Position numbers and translations under genes: made by a program. A stretch of DNA of 50,335 bases, taken from a virus. A model generated the notes under the pieces. It ran no database searches, was not told where the DNA came from, and was given only the letters and a program-made list of their open reading frames with translations. Location: the IMG/VR virus record IMGVR_UViG_3300009537_000021, positions 1 through 50,335 of that record. One strand, written 5' to 3'. Positions 8,314-18,662 of this stretch are shown here, in pieces (position 1 is the first letter of the stretch; each line of letters begins with the position of its first letter).

Positions 8314-11300
8314 GGTTGTTAATGGTGCAATTGACATCTTCTCGGCCCCTGTAGGGCTAGTAGTAGACACGGCGAGGGCCATAGGTTCAGAGGAATACAA
8401 CCCAGGATTCGGTGGTGTATTCGGTACATTTGGAGAACGAGCCGTTGGGGGTCTCTCTCAGATAGGTGAGGGCTTCGGTGCTGATGTTATCGGCGAGAAG
8501 GTTTCTGACTCATTTGTAGGCGATGCTCTAAGGTCCTACTTCAATACGGCTGAGAGGATCTACAGCACCGAGTTCCAGAGGGAGACCGGGCAAGGTCTAT
8601 TCGGACAAGACCCCGGTGAATTATCCTTGCAAAGAGTCGGTGCTTATGCAACAGGTTTGTCTGGCTCTCTTGTGGGGGCAGCGGGTTCGGCATTAGGGCT
8701 AAATGAGGGTGGTGGTCTAGACCAAGTAAATCCTGTCCGTCAGTGGCAAAAAGCAGCTAACCGTACACCAGGTCAAGCCTGGGTGGAAGAAGCCTTAGTA
8801 CCTGATTTTTATAACCGTAGTGTGTCCGAGCAGGATGAGATAAGACAGACGGCATGGTACAACATGTTCTCCGGCTCGATGGATGCTGTGGGCAGATGGT
8901 TCACTGATCCTGAAGTTCTAGCTGGTAAGGCTTTTAGATACACTCGCAATCGTCTGTGGACCTTCACGCCAGACCTAGATAATCCTCGCTTGGTACAGAG
9001 ACCTAAGTTTCATCGTAAGGCTCTCAAAGACCTGGGCTATGGTATGGGAGAGACTGTAGAAGGCCCTAACGGTCTTAGAATGGTCACTCTAGAAAGCGGC
9101 TCAAAGACCGAGGTCTACACGGTAGTTCGATCAAGTGGTCTCAGCCAACTGGTTGATGACGGGGTCAAGTTTGCCGATGATGCAGTAGACACAAGGCCTC
9201 TTGCTATACCTGATGATGAGATAGAGCATATTAGGCAGGTTGCTATAGACAACGGTGTTCCAGAAGAAGGTTTGGATGAGTTCATGGACTCACTCACTAG
9301 GAGTGGTAAGGTCGATGACCTGAACGAATCTTTGGCTACTACAGGAATGCTGGGTGGGAAGGCTAAGCCTAGAGGTCGCACGCCTAGGTATGTGGGGACT
9401 ACGTTCAGACCACTACACCTGATAGCTGACGAAGATGAGGCTATGAGATATGCCTCCTCTCTGTACGGCTCTGATCCCACAGATATGCCTGTCATTGTCA
9501 AGCTGGATCCAGATGGGCTGCCCACGATATATGAGGAGTTCGATATGATTCCTCTTACCGGGCCCAAAGACTTCGATGCTAGAGATGCACGGTTCATGAC
9601 CCTTGCCGACCAAGCCAGTGACAATATCTCTGATGTCCGTCACTTGAGTCCAGACGACCTAGACCCAGCACTCAAGCTGGATGGAGCTCCCAGCTATATG
9701 CAGGAGACAGGCAGACTGGACTCCATGCTCTACAACCCAGACGGTACACCTGTTGAGCCTGATCTTGTGGGGAACATCGAGAACCTTACAGAGGTTATGG
9801 GCAGGGCTAGTCAGCTATATGCGGAAGACCCTGTAATGGCTCAGAAGTACCTTCTCTCTAACCGCAACGCTAGGGCATCACAGGCTCTGGTGGGTGACAG
9901 TCTCGCAGCTAGAGCCTCGAATCATAAGGTCTTTCAATCACACCTGAACTGGCTAGATAACAATGGCAAGGGCAGGTCGATGAGTGACATTCGCAGGGTC
10001 CTGTTCCCACACACACCATTCGGTGATGTCGTAGCCCTGTGGTTATCTGACGCCACGACCTACTCCCAGAGACGAACCGTGCTTCTCTCAGCCATGGGCT
10101 ATCGAACCTCGGAGGTCGCCAACCTGCCCCCTTTGCTTAGGGCCAAACTCGAGAACCTACTTTTAGACTCTGAGAGAGTGGCCGCAGGTCTACCGCCTAA
10201 TGAGATAACTAATGCCATCCTAGGTATTGATCCTAAGTTGGCAGATACCGCTGCGCCTTACATGGATGACTTCATCAAAGAGGCCACTACTCAATTACAG
10301 GATCAAGAGGCAGCCGCCAGATTCCTAGACCAGATAGCTGACATGGCCCCCATCCAAAGGCTTCGCATGCCACAGGTTCGTAGGGGCTTGAACGTAATTA
10401 GGAAGACCTCGTTCTATCAACAGTCCGATCTGGCTAGACCTATCAGAGCGGTCACCGAGATGAGACCACACCAGTGGATCAACTTCGATGACCCTATGAG
10501 TTCACTACAAATCCAGCGACAGCTAGAGGAGGCACAGACCCTAGGTATATCTCGGGCAGAAGTTGATGACTTCGTAAAACGGTATACAGAGTCAGGTGCT
10601 AGTCAACCGCAGAGACGAGCAGTGGTTGAGGAGATGAACGATTTTATCCTCAACAAGGCTGCGGCTGAAGCCAAGCTAACGCCTAAAGAGTTCGAGGACC
10701 TAATACATAAATCATCCGCTGGTATGGGTACCACTAGAAAATACCTAGAGAGCCGCAGGTATGCTTCCGGCGGCAGAGATATGGCTTCATTCTTCGATGA
10801 TGAGACAGGGGAAATAGTCCAGCGTGCTATGCCATTCCTCTCTACTCAAGCCACTAACTGGGTCCCCTTGCCCAATGCCAGAAATATAGTTAAAGAGGCC
10901 AGAAAGATTGGGACTCTGAGAGCTAGGTTCGGGGCTAACGCCACTATCCCAGTTGAATTGCTGGATAGCTTCTACCGAATCTGGAAGCCTACAGTCTTGC
11001 TCAGAGGTGGCTGGATGATAAGAGTTGTATCGGATGAGCAACTCCGTGTTCTAGCAAAGACGGGGTCGGTTCTCAATCACCTAGCCGCTATATCTCTGGG
11101 CGAACAGCCTAAGTTCACCAAGGTGTTTGAGGGTAATTTGCCCCCTGGTGGAAGAACTGCTGCCGCCTTGGCTACTGCTACGGGTACCCAGCCCATTACC
11201 TCTCTATCTGTAAGAGGGGCCAGAGTTACTACTAAGGTAGCCAGGAAACTTGGGCTTGTGGATGAGAATGTATACCGCCACATGCAAGCTGCCGGGCTCG

Positions 11301-13630
11301 AGGATTTGGTTTCGGCTCGTACCAGTTTTGGTGGGCCAAAGGAACAAACCCTCAGAGACTTACAAAGCCTGATAGGTAGAGATGAGGGAATCATCCTCAA
11401 TCACTTGCGAGGTAGTGGTGGTAAGGGTACAGGTCAGTGGCGATCTATCACTCAGGGAGACCCGCAGTTTTCAGCCGCATGGAGCAGGGTTCTCAGTGAG
11501 CAATACGGTAGAGACCCGTTGGCTAGAAGGCTAATTCAAGAGGTCCTAGCAGAGGGGCTAACTGACCTAGATGCCTTGGACTTCGCTGACATGGATCACC
11601 TTGTAAGAACCGGTACACGGTTCTTGAAAGAAACCGCAGAGGGTAGAGCCGTCGCAGAGAAGGTTCCGTGGTTTGCTAAAGATCCTCGTAAGTGGGTCGA
11701 GGACATAGTGGAAGAAATCAACGGCTATAGCGGTGGGTTTAATGAGGAGCTCCTAAGAGGCAGCTTGAACCAGAAAGTTACTACCGAATTGTTGGAGAGC
11801 ATAGATGAAGCCTTCCGACCTGACATCATCCATTCCGAAATTGTGGATCAGACCCTAGGTAATAGTGCCGTCAGTCAGTACCTAAGAGGATTCACTAACG
11901 AGGCATTCGATCTGATAGGTAGATTGCCAACTGACACTCTCAGCCGTCAGCCATTCTTCAAGGCTCTGTATGGCCAAGAGATGACTCGACTGGAAAGACT
12001 TCGAGCCTCACAAGGTTTGCCTCTTACAGGAGATGCCATGTCTAGGATGCAGACTCAGGCTAGACAATTTGCCATTCAAGAGGTGCAAGAATACCTATAC
12101 AACCTGGCCGAGACTTCAAGGTTCGGGTACATGGTCAGACACATCATGCCATTCTACCCAGCTTGGCAAGAGGTGATTCAGGTGTGGGGCAAGATCGCCC
12201 TTGAAGATCCATCAGTTATAGGCCGGGCACGTTTGCTCTGGGAAGCACCTAACAGAGCCAACATGGTTTACAAAGATGATGAGGGTGAGGAGTTCATCAG
12301 ATTCCAGCTAGGTGAGAAAGCCGTAGAGAATCTGGGGCTCACAGGCTGGGAAGCATATCTGGCTCAAGCCCCCCTGGACTTTGCTAAGACCTCATTCAAC
12401 TTGATCCTCAATAATCCCCTGCCAGGCACTGGTCCTATCATTCAGTACCCGGTCAATGAGGTAGTCAAGCGTAAGCCAGAGTTGGAAGAGGGTCTTAGAT
12501 GGCTTCTTCCTTACGGTGTCACTTCTGACCCCTCAGCCATCTTCTTGTCCCCTCTGGTCCGACAACTTAAGGGCGAGCTCCAAGGCCCTACTAGTGACCT
12601 CTCATATAGAAGGGCATGGCAAGATGCTGTCACCTATATGGACGTAGAGTTCAGGGCAGGCAGGCGCACTACTCCGCCCACAGAAGAAGAGGCTCATGAG
12701 ATAGCCCAGAAACTTAGGTTGGTTAGAGCGTTCACCAGAATGGTTATGCCAGCGCAGCCTATTATCAGATCGCCGCTCAGTGAGTACATCGAAGCCTATC
12801 GTGGTCTACAAGATACGTTAGGTCCTGACCAAGCGGATGAGGTATTTCTCAATGAGTATGGTAATGAGTTCTTTGCCGTAACTCTATCTCGTACGGTTAG
12901 CAAGACGGGAATTCCGCCTACGGTTGAGGGTGAGATGGCTCGTAGGAACTTCCAGAATTTGATTGATGAGTACCCAGAGTATGGGCGCCTTATCATTGGT
13001 GATGAGGCTATAGGGGAGTTCTCTACCGCAGCCTTTGCTTCTCAGCTCGAAAGACCTGTGGATCCGAACAACCCATTCTCCGAGATGGAGAGGACTTATA
13101 GACCTACTGAGATTGATCCACGAACGGGCGGCATTATTGAAGTTGATAGGCGGCTCGGGTGGCAAGAGTACATACAGGCCCTTGACTGGCTGGACCTAGA
13201 ACGTAGGAAGAGGGGCCTTCCCAATCTCAAGGTGAAGGAAGCCCAGGACCTTGCCGATACCAAAGAATTCATCAAAGAAACCTTGAAATTTAAGTACCCA
13301 TCGTGGTGGGAAGACTTCAACACCCGTGACGCCCTCAAGTGGAGTACTCGGATAGATGCTTTCCGTACTATCGCTAAGGACACCAGCCTAGAGAATAGAC
13401 CTGACATTCAAGGTCTGGCTACATACCTAGAGGTACGGGGTCTCATCCTTCAAGAACTCAACCGTAGAAAGATGGACGGAGGAGCTTCCACACTAGATGC
13501 CACTAGCAATCTGGACCTACAAAATATATGGGCCACTCTGGTGACTCAAATGCTGGACGACAACATAGCCTTCGGTCCGTTATACTACAGGTATTTAGAA
13601 GGTGATCCATTGGAGCTAAGAAGTGGCTGA
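8288..13630 (+). CDS. Giant virion-module protein, 1780 aa, function unknown (candidate internal/ejection protein)
   Basis: Uninterrupted 5.3-kb ORF between portal and scaffold. I saw no P-loop, polymerase or other catalytic motif. Confidence 0.85.
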   Translation: MGLKEQLDKVVNGAIDIFSAPVGLVVDTARAIGSEEYNPGFGGVFGTFGERAVGGLSQIGEGFGADVIGEKVSDSFVGDALRSYFNTAERIYSTEFQRETGQGLFGQDPGELSLQRVGAYATGLSGSLVGAAGSALGLNEGGGLDQVNPVRQWQKAANRTPGQAWVEEALVPDFYNRSVSEQDEIRQTAWYNMFSGSMDAVGRWFTDPEVLAGKAFRYTRNRLWTFTPDLDNPRLVQRPKFHRKALKDLGYGMGETVEGPNGLRMVTLESGSKTEVYTVVRSSGLSQLVDDGVKFADDAVDTRPLAIPDDEIEHIRQVAIDNGVPEEGLDEFMDSLTRSGKVDDLNESLATTGMLGGKAKPRGRTPRYVGTTFRPLHLIADEDEAMRYASSLYGSDPTDMPVIVKLDPDGLPTIYEEFDMIPLTGPKDFDARDARFMTLADQASDNISDVRHLSPDDLDPALKLDGAPSYMQETGRLDSMLYNPDGTPVEPDLVGNIENLTEVMGRASQLYAEDPVMAQKYLLSNRNARASQALVGDSLAARASNHKVFQSHLNWLDNNGKGRSMSDIRRVLFPHTPFGDVVALWLSDATTYSQRRTVLLSAMGYRTSEVANLPPLLRAKLENLLLDSERVAAGLPPNEITNAILGIDPKLADTAAPYMDDFIKEATTQLQDQEAAARFLDQIADMAPIQRLRMPQVRRGLNVIRKTSFYQQSDLARPIRAVTEMRPHQWINFDDPMSSLQIQRQLEEAQTLGISRAEVDDFVKRYTESGASQPQRRAVVEEMNDFILNKAAAEAKLTPKEFEDLIHKSSAGMGTTRKYLESRRYASGGRDMASFFDDETGEIVQRAMPFLSTQATNWVPLPNARNIVKEARKIGTLRARFGANATIPVELLDSFYRIWKPTVLLRGGWMIRVVSDEQLRVLAKTGSVLNHLAAISLGEQPKFTKVFEGNLPPGGRTAAALATATGTQPITSLSVRGARVTTKVARKLGLVDENVYRHMQAAGLEDLVSARTSFGGPKEQTLRDLQSLIGRDEGIILNHLRGSGGKGTGQWRSITQGDPQFSAAWSRVLSEQYGRDPLARRLIQEVLAEGLTDLDALDFADMDHLVRTGTRFLKETAEGRAVAEKVPWFAKDPRKWVEDIVEEINGYSGGFNEELLRGSLNQKVTTELLESIDEAFRPDIIHSEIVDQTLGNSAVSQYLRGFTNEAFDLIGRLPTDTLSRQPFFKALYGQEMTRLERLRASQGLPLTGDAMSRMQTQARQFAIQEVQEYLYNLAETSRFGYMVRHIMPFYPAWQEVIQVWGKIALEDPSVIGRARLLWEAPNRANMVYKDDEGEEFIRFQLGEKAVENLGLTGWEAYLAQAPLDFAKTSFNLILNNPLPGTGPIIQYPVNEVVKRKPELEEGLRWLLPYGVTSDPSAIFLSPLVRQLKGELQGPTSDLSYRRAWQDAVTYMDVEFRAGRRTTPPTEEEAHEIAQKLRLVRAFTRMVMPAQPIIRSPLSEYIEAYRGLQDTLGPDQADEVFLNEYGNEFFAVTLSRTVSKTGIPPTVEGEMARRNFQNLIDEYPEYGRLIIGDEAIGEFSTAAFASQLERPVDPNNPFSEMERTYRPTEIDPRTGGIIEVDRRLGWQEYIQALDWLDLERRKRGLPNLKVKEAQDLADTKEFIKETLKFKYPSWWEDFNTRDALKWSTRIDAFRTIAKDTSLENRPDIQGLATYLEVRGLILQELNRRKMDGGASTLDATSNLDLQNIWATLVTQMLDDNIAFGPLYYRYLEGDPLELRSG

Positions 13631-15482
13631 ACTCACACCACAACAGATTCTTCGGAAAGCCATCTCTGACAATGCCTCGCCCGAGGAAATTGGTCGGCTT
13701 GTTGAGGAAAACAAACAAGCCATAAATGAGATGCCTCGGGAAGAGGCTTTCCTTCTCCTTCAAGAGTTGACTAATCTTGGTCCCGAGTATGAGTCTGCCA
13801 TTCAACAGGCTGGTGACTTGAACATAGGCTTCCCCCCTATCCTAGGTGGTTTAGGAGGTGCAGGGCGAGTAGCTAAGGGTACAGCCCAAGTAACAGTAGG
13901 CGGTGAAACTAAAACCGTTGTATTATCTCCTCAGGGACAAAACCTCTTGTCAAAAGTGGTTAGGGCTGTATCTGGCGGGTCTGCTAGTAGCTTTGCCAAA
14001 CGAGTTATAGGTGCAGGGATAGGTGTAAGTGTCATCTCCAAGGTTTTCGAGGATGGGGAACAAAGCCAGCAACAACAGCAACAACAGCCCCAACAGCCTC
14101 CACCGCCTTCTGGTGTTCGTAACCCGTTTGCCACTAACCCAGAACTTAAGACCCTGATGTCGAGCCCGACCACTGAACCTGGTCAAACTCAGACCCGATC
14201 AGGCAGTAACCTGGGTGATACTTCTGGTGTAGTAGACCCTGGGTTCAATGTTATGGTGGTAGACCATGATGGGAGCCTTACTGGCACTCCAGGAGCTTTG
14301 GCTGTGGTCTCATCCAAAGATATGGATGTTGGTAATGAGGACTTAGCAAGAGCGGCTGAAATTGTAGCTCCCGGTGGCTCAAACCTCATAGCTCTTGCCA
14401 CAGATTTCTTGAGGCAAACAGGCCAGAACACTACTGGCGACCGAAACATCTTTCAAGCCATATTCCCGGAGTCTCTAGGTCAAGTAAGTTTCGGTACACC
14501 TGTACAACTACCACCGCAAGCAGGTGAGGGCGCCCCCTTGCCAGTTGTTGCTCCTACTCGACCTGTCCCACCAGACTTCATGCCAGGCTTCCCTCAGAAG
14601 GTACGGGAAGATGAGTGGATAGCCTCACAGAACAACCAGACTGGCGGAGTTCAGACCAACACCAATGTACCAGCCGGGGCTAAGATAGCGCCGCGAATTT
14701 TCAACCAATACAACGGTAGAACTCTGATGGAGTGGGCCTCACTTTCTGCTCAGAGGCATGGTATACCTCTCAGTGTGCTTTACGGAATAGTTGACCATGA
14801 GTCGGGGTGGTTGCAAACTGCCGTAGGTGACAACGGCAATAGCTTCGGGCTTGCTCAAATCTTCCTGCCCGCCTGGCCCAGCATTACACAAGGTCAGGCT
14901 CTTAATCCCGTGTTTGCTCTAGAGTGGACCGCACAAAAACTCAAGGAGAGGTTCGCTCAGTTCGGCAGATGGGATGCAGCAGTAGCCGCACACAACTCAC
15001 CGCAAGCAGCCCAGCACCTTGCACAGACAGGGTCCTTCTTCAATGATAAGTCCGCTAATTATGTGAAGTCCGTTTTAGGTCGTGCTAACGATTCAGGCCT
15101 TGATTCTTACCTCTTTGATCCCACAGGCGGGGGAGCTCCTATCACAGGATCGGGCCCCTCATTCACACCGTTCCAGACGCCTGACCCAGCGCAGAGCCGA
15201 GAGTACATTAGGCAGATATATGAGGAAATGTTGGGTAGGGAACCCACAGACCTGGAGTTATCTACTGGTGTGGATAAACTCAACGGGCTAGCTCGACAAG
15301 CCTATGACGCCAATCTGAGACAAGCCAAGGGCAGTGAGTCTGATGCTGTGGACGTTGGGGCAAGGTTCGAGGAGACCATTCGTGAGTCAGGGGAGTTCGC
15401 CTTCCATGAGGACGTCACGGAACAGAGGAATTTCACTGACTATGCCGCAGGGGTCGCAAGGCTTCTGCAAACGGGGGCCTGA
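13623..15482 (+). CDS. Virion-associated lytic transglycosylase (SLT domain), 619 aa
   Basis: SLT motif GIVDHESGWLQTAVGDNGNSFGLAQIF; poly-Q/Pro linker; DUF4214-like C-end (YIRQIYEEMLGREPTDLEL); GGAG upstream of GTG 13623. Confidence 0.8.
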   Translation: MAELTPQQILRKAISDNASPEEIGRLVEENKQAINEMPREEAFLLLQELTNLGPEYESAIQQAGDLNIGFPPILGGLGGAGRVAKGTAQVTVGGETKTVVLSPQGQNLLSKVVRAVSGGSASSFAKRVIGAGIGVSVISKVFEDGEQSQQQQQQQPQQPPPPSGVRNPFATNPELKTLMSSPTTEPGQTQTRSGSNLGDTSGVVDPGFNVMVVDHDGSLTGTPGALAVVSSKDMDVGNEDLARAAEIVAPGGSNLIALATDFLRQTGQNTTGDRNIFQAIFPESLGQVSFGTPVQLPPQAGEGAPLPVVAPTRPVPPDFMPGFPQKVREDEWIASQNNQTGGVQTNTNVPAGAKIAPRIFNQYNGRTLMEWASLSAQRHGIPLSVLYGIVDHESGWLQTAVGDNGNSFGLAQIFLPAWPSITQGQALNPVFALEWTAQKLKERFAQFGRWDAAVAAHNSPQAAQHLAQTGSFFNDKSANYVKSVLGRANDSGLDSYLFDPTGGGAPITGSGPSFTPFQTPDPAQSREYIRQIYEEMLGREPTDLELSTGVDKLNGLARQAYDANLRQAKGSESDAVDVGARFEETIRESGEFAFHEDVTEQRNFTDYAAGVARLLQTGA

Positions 15483-16804
15483 TGGCTGAAACTTATGTGG
15501 TCAAGAAGGGTGACACCTTAGGTAAGATAGGTACCGCTCTTGGAATACCTTGGCGGGATATCTATAACCTCAACAAAGATTTGATTGGCTCTGACCCTAA
15601 CCTGATTCAAATAGGCATGGAGTTCAAGTTACCCGGTAGTGAAGATGGTGGCGATGGGGGTGGAGACGGCGAATCGACAGCCCCCGGCGCCACCACACAG
15701 GCTCTACCCCGTAATTCCAAACTAGTAAAGATAGGTAGTAGTTATCGGGTAATCTGGGACCTTGGTGACAATCTGGGGTGGGCATGGTACGACATCACAG
15801 CCCAACAATTGGACGAGATTTACGACACCAAAACCCCTGCACCTCATTTCACACTGTCCAATGCGGGTCAGTTTGAGGCTCAGTATGGCAACAACTATTG
15901 GGGTAATGTTGGGGAGATAAGCCTGAAGGCTGACACGCCTTGGGAGGATCTAAGCGACCGTATCTTCAATCAGTTTGGGTATGTACCCGGCTTCGATGAG
16001 CCCGAGATTCGTAGGCTTCTACAGCAGGCCTACTTTGAGAACTGGGATCAGAACCAGTGGACAGTTCAATATCGTGGCACCGAGTATTACAACAAGACCA
16101 CAGATGACCAACGCAAATGGGCAGGAATGTCCCTTGCCGAGAGAGACGCCTTAATAGAACAGTGGGGTGCCGAACTCAAGACCCGATACCAAGATATATG
16201 GGGTCACGGCTTTGCTATAGATGAGGCATCCATCGGGGATGCAGCCTTCAAGCTGGCCTCTGGTCAGATGTCCTTGAATGAGTGGATCTATACGACCACA
16301 GAAGAGGCCTCTAGAGATGAAGGCACTCTGGAGTTTGACCGCAGACGACAAGAGGCTGAGGATCTACTGGCTGAGGGTAACGAGATTGAAAACCTTACAG
16401 CCTTTGCTGAGGCACAGTGGAGAGCGTGGGTTGGTCCTGTGGATATGCCCGCCAGCTTTGCCAACCGTTGGGGTTCTGATCTAGCTTCAGGCAATGCTAG
16501 TGAGGCCGATCTCGAGTCCTACCTTAAAGAAATCTCCACAGGTCGATGGGGTAATAAACCCCCTAACCTCACTTGGGAAGACTGGGCTGCCTCATACAAA
16601 TCCCAGATTAAGAGGACTCTGGAGCTCGGGTCTCTGGATGACACTGATGGTTTGCTCAACTCCATTCTAGGTCAAGACCTGACAGGTATAGACCTCGATC
16701 AGTTGATTAGGCAAGACGAGAGGTTCCAGTCCACACGGACCATGTATAACGAGCTGTCTAACATGGCTTCTGAAATGGGTAGAAGGTTCGGGTTTATAAC
16801 ATAA
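15482..16804 (+). CDS. LysM-domain protein, 440 aa
   Basis: N-terminal LysM (YVVKKGDTLGKIGTALGIPWRDIYNLNKDLIGSDPNLIQIGMEFKLP); TGATG coupling. Confidence 0.75.
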   Translation: MAETYVVKKGDTLGKIGTALGIPWRDIYNLNKDLIGSDPNLIQIGMEFKLPGSEDGGDGGGDGESTAPGATTQALPRNSKLVKIGSSYRVIWDLGDNLGWAWYDITAQQLDEIYDTKTPAPHFTLSNAGQFEAQYGNNYWGNVGEISLKADTPWEDLSDRIFNQFGYVPGFDEPEIRRLLQQAYFENWDQNQWTVQYRGTEYYNKTTDDQRKWAGMSLAERDALIEQWGAELKTRYQDIWGHGFAIDEASIGDAAFKLASGQMSLNEWIYTTTEEASRDEGTLEFDRRRQEAEDLLAEGNEIENLTAFAEAQWRAWVGPVDMPASFANRWGSDLASGNASEADLESYLKEISTGRWGNKPPNLTWEDWAASYKSQIKRTLELGSLDDTDGLLNSILGQDLTGIDLDQLIRQDERFQSTRTMYNELSNMASEMGRRFGFIT

Positions 16805-17664
16805 TGGCTTTCAACGCAATAGAGGAAGTATACGCCGCATTCCCTTGGCTAGCTGATCTAGGCTCAGAGGTCTATCAGGCACTAGTCAATGGGGTACTCA
16901 ATGCTGACCCAGCCTCAGTCATTATTCAGGCAGTCAGAGATACCAACACCTATAAGCTGAGGTTTGCAGGTCTAGAGCAACGGCGAGCTAGTGGCTTCCC
17001 TGCTATGAGTGAGGCTGAGTACCTACAGGTAGAAGCAGGGTACTTTAACCAGCTACGGAACTACAACATTCTTGGCACACTTGGGTTGGATGACTCTGAG
17101 GCCTTTAGATCTTTCGCCGCTGAGATGATAGGTCAAGATGTCTCGGTTCAGGAATTCAATGCCAGACTTGATCGAGGTACAGCCCTGATGAGGGACTCCA
17201 GTGAGTTCGTACAACAGGCCTTTACAGAGTTTTATGGTGCCCCTGTGAGTGATGACGCCTTACTGGTGTACTTTCTCGACCCAGACCGGGGCACCAGTAT
17301 TATTGAAAGCCAGCTAGCATCAGCCACTGTTGGAGCCGAAGCATTTAGATATGGGCTCAACATCAGTAGAACCAGAGCAGAAATCCTACGCAAAGAGGGG
17401 GTAACCGCTGACCTGGCTCGCCAAGGGTTCGCTGACATTGCCAGAGAGCAGCCGGTTCTTGATCGCCTAGCACAGATTCACAACACATCGCCACTATCTC
17501 AGTTGGAGCTAGAGGAGTTCTTCTTCCATGATGATCCTGGCGTAGCACAGAGAAGGGCCAGTACCTTCCAGACAGCCCTTGCCGCTTTCCAAGAGGGTGG
17601 GGCTCGTAACCTCACTCGTGAAGGTGGCCTCGGTGAGTTGGTTGATCGTAACCGAGCCGTGTGA
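16804..17664 (+). CDS. Hypothetical virion-module protein, 286 aa
   Basis: TAATG coupling; helical; no family recognised. Confidence 0.6.
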   Translation: MAFNAIEEVYAAFPWLADLGSEVYQALVNGVLNADPASVIIQAVRDTNTYKLRFAGLEQRRASGFPAMSEAEYLQVEAGYFNQLRNYNILGTLGLDDSEAFRSFAAEMIGQDVSVQEFNARLDRGTALMRDSSEFVQQAFTEFYGAPVSDDALLVYFLDPDRGTSIIESQLASATVGAEAFRYGLNISRTRAEILRKEGVTADLARQGFADIAREQPVLDRLAQIHNTSPLSQLELEEFFFHDDPGVAQRRASTFQTALAAFQEGGARNLTREGGLGELVDRNRAV

Positions 17665-17712
17665 TAGTATCCACTCTTGCCAACCCCCAGGCATAAATGG
17701 GGCGAAACATAC

Positions 17713-17736
17713 CTCTTAGGGGTCCCGTCCTAAGAG
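17713..17736 (+). other. Perfect stem-loop (CTCTTAGG-8 nt-CCTAAGAG) in the gap upstream of the scaffold gene
   Basis: Read directly; 8-bp stem, no U-tract. Confidence 0.35.
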
Positions 17737-17754
17737 CGTAGAAGGGAGAAGGAA

Positions 17755-18357
17755 ATGGGCAGATTCGAGGATCTAATCGAGCAAGCCAGAACTGGCGATA
17801 CCGATGCTCTTGAGGCATTGGAGAGCGAATTTTCTGGTAGCACTTTGCGGGAGAAAGCCGAAGAGGCTGACGTCCTGCGTAAGAGGCTACAAGAAGCCGT
17901 TCCCCTTGTCCGCAAGGCTAGGTTCGAGGAGTTAGCTGGCAAGCTGGACGAGAGTATCCGTGACGGTCTTTCTGTAGAGGACGTTAATGACATGGATCCG
18001 GATTCGCTAACCCTGGAGATGCTACAGGACTTGGGTACAACCAAGAACCAACAGCGCCAGGCACAGAGACTTGCAACCGCACAGGACGCAGGTTTCGATT
18101 CAGTTGAGGACTATGAGACCGCACTTGAGGCTGTGAAGCAGCAAAGAACCACACGTACTACAGGCATGGAGTCTGTAGCCCAAGGTGTTGCTTCTGGCAG
18201 CGGTGATCCATCCGGAGGACTGGAACCCACCCGATACGAGAAGGGCAAAAACGCCTTTGAGGAGGCTCAGAAAGCAGGTCGTACAACCGACGTTGCTATG
18301 GCCGCATCAGTTGATGCCATTCTCGCCGATCAGTTCACAGGAGGCGAAGAAGCCTAA
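17755..18357 (+). CDS. Putative scaffolding protein, 200 aa
   Basis: Acidic, helical coiled-coil-like sequence close to the capsid gene; AAGGGAGAAGGA SD. Confidence 0.5.
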   Translation: MGRFEDLIEQARTGDTDALEALESEFSGSTLREKAEEADVLRKRLQEAVPLVRKARFEELAGKLDESIRDGLSVEDVNDMDPDSLTLEMLQDLGTTKNQQRQAQRLATAQDAGFDSVEDYETALEAVKQQRTTRTTGMESVAQGVASGSGDPSGGLEPTRYEKGKNAFEEAQKAGRTTDVAMAASVDAILADQFTGGEEA

Positions 18358-18662
18358 TGAGAACGTGCCAGCATTGTGGACACCAACGGCGTAAGCCGAC
18401 TAATACGTGTACACGGTGCGGGCGGTTTGATCGGGAAGTTCTAGAGTCGATCCAGATATCCCCTAGTGCCACTCCGACCTCACGAAATTCCATCCCACCT
18501 AGAACGCCGAATAACTCCTTTGAGAAAGGCACCCGTCATGATGAGAGAGGCCTAGCCTATCTCGACCATAACGGTCAGCCCCTCAAGATGAAGGAGCCAT
18601 TCGATAAGCGTAAGTATGGCGGGAGGGAATCAATTCAGGTAAATTCAGGAGGAAATAGCTGA
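18357..18662 (+). CDS. Zinc-ribbon protein, 101 aa
   Basis: CQHCGH...CTRCG (CxxC-x12-CxxC) at the N-terminus; TAATG coupling on the upstream side. Confidence 0.5.
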   Translation: MRTCQHCGHQRRKPTNTCTRCGRFDREVLESIQISPSATPTSRNSIPPRTPNNSFEKGTRHDERGLAYLDHNGQPLKMKEPFDKRKYGGRESIQVNSGGNS

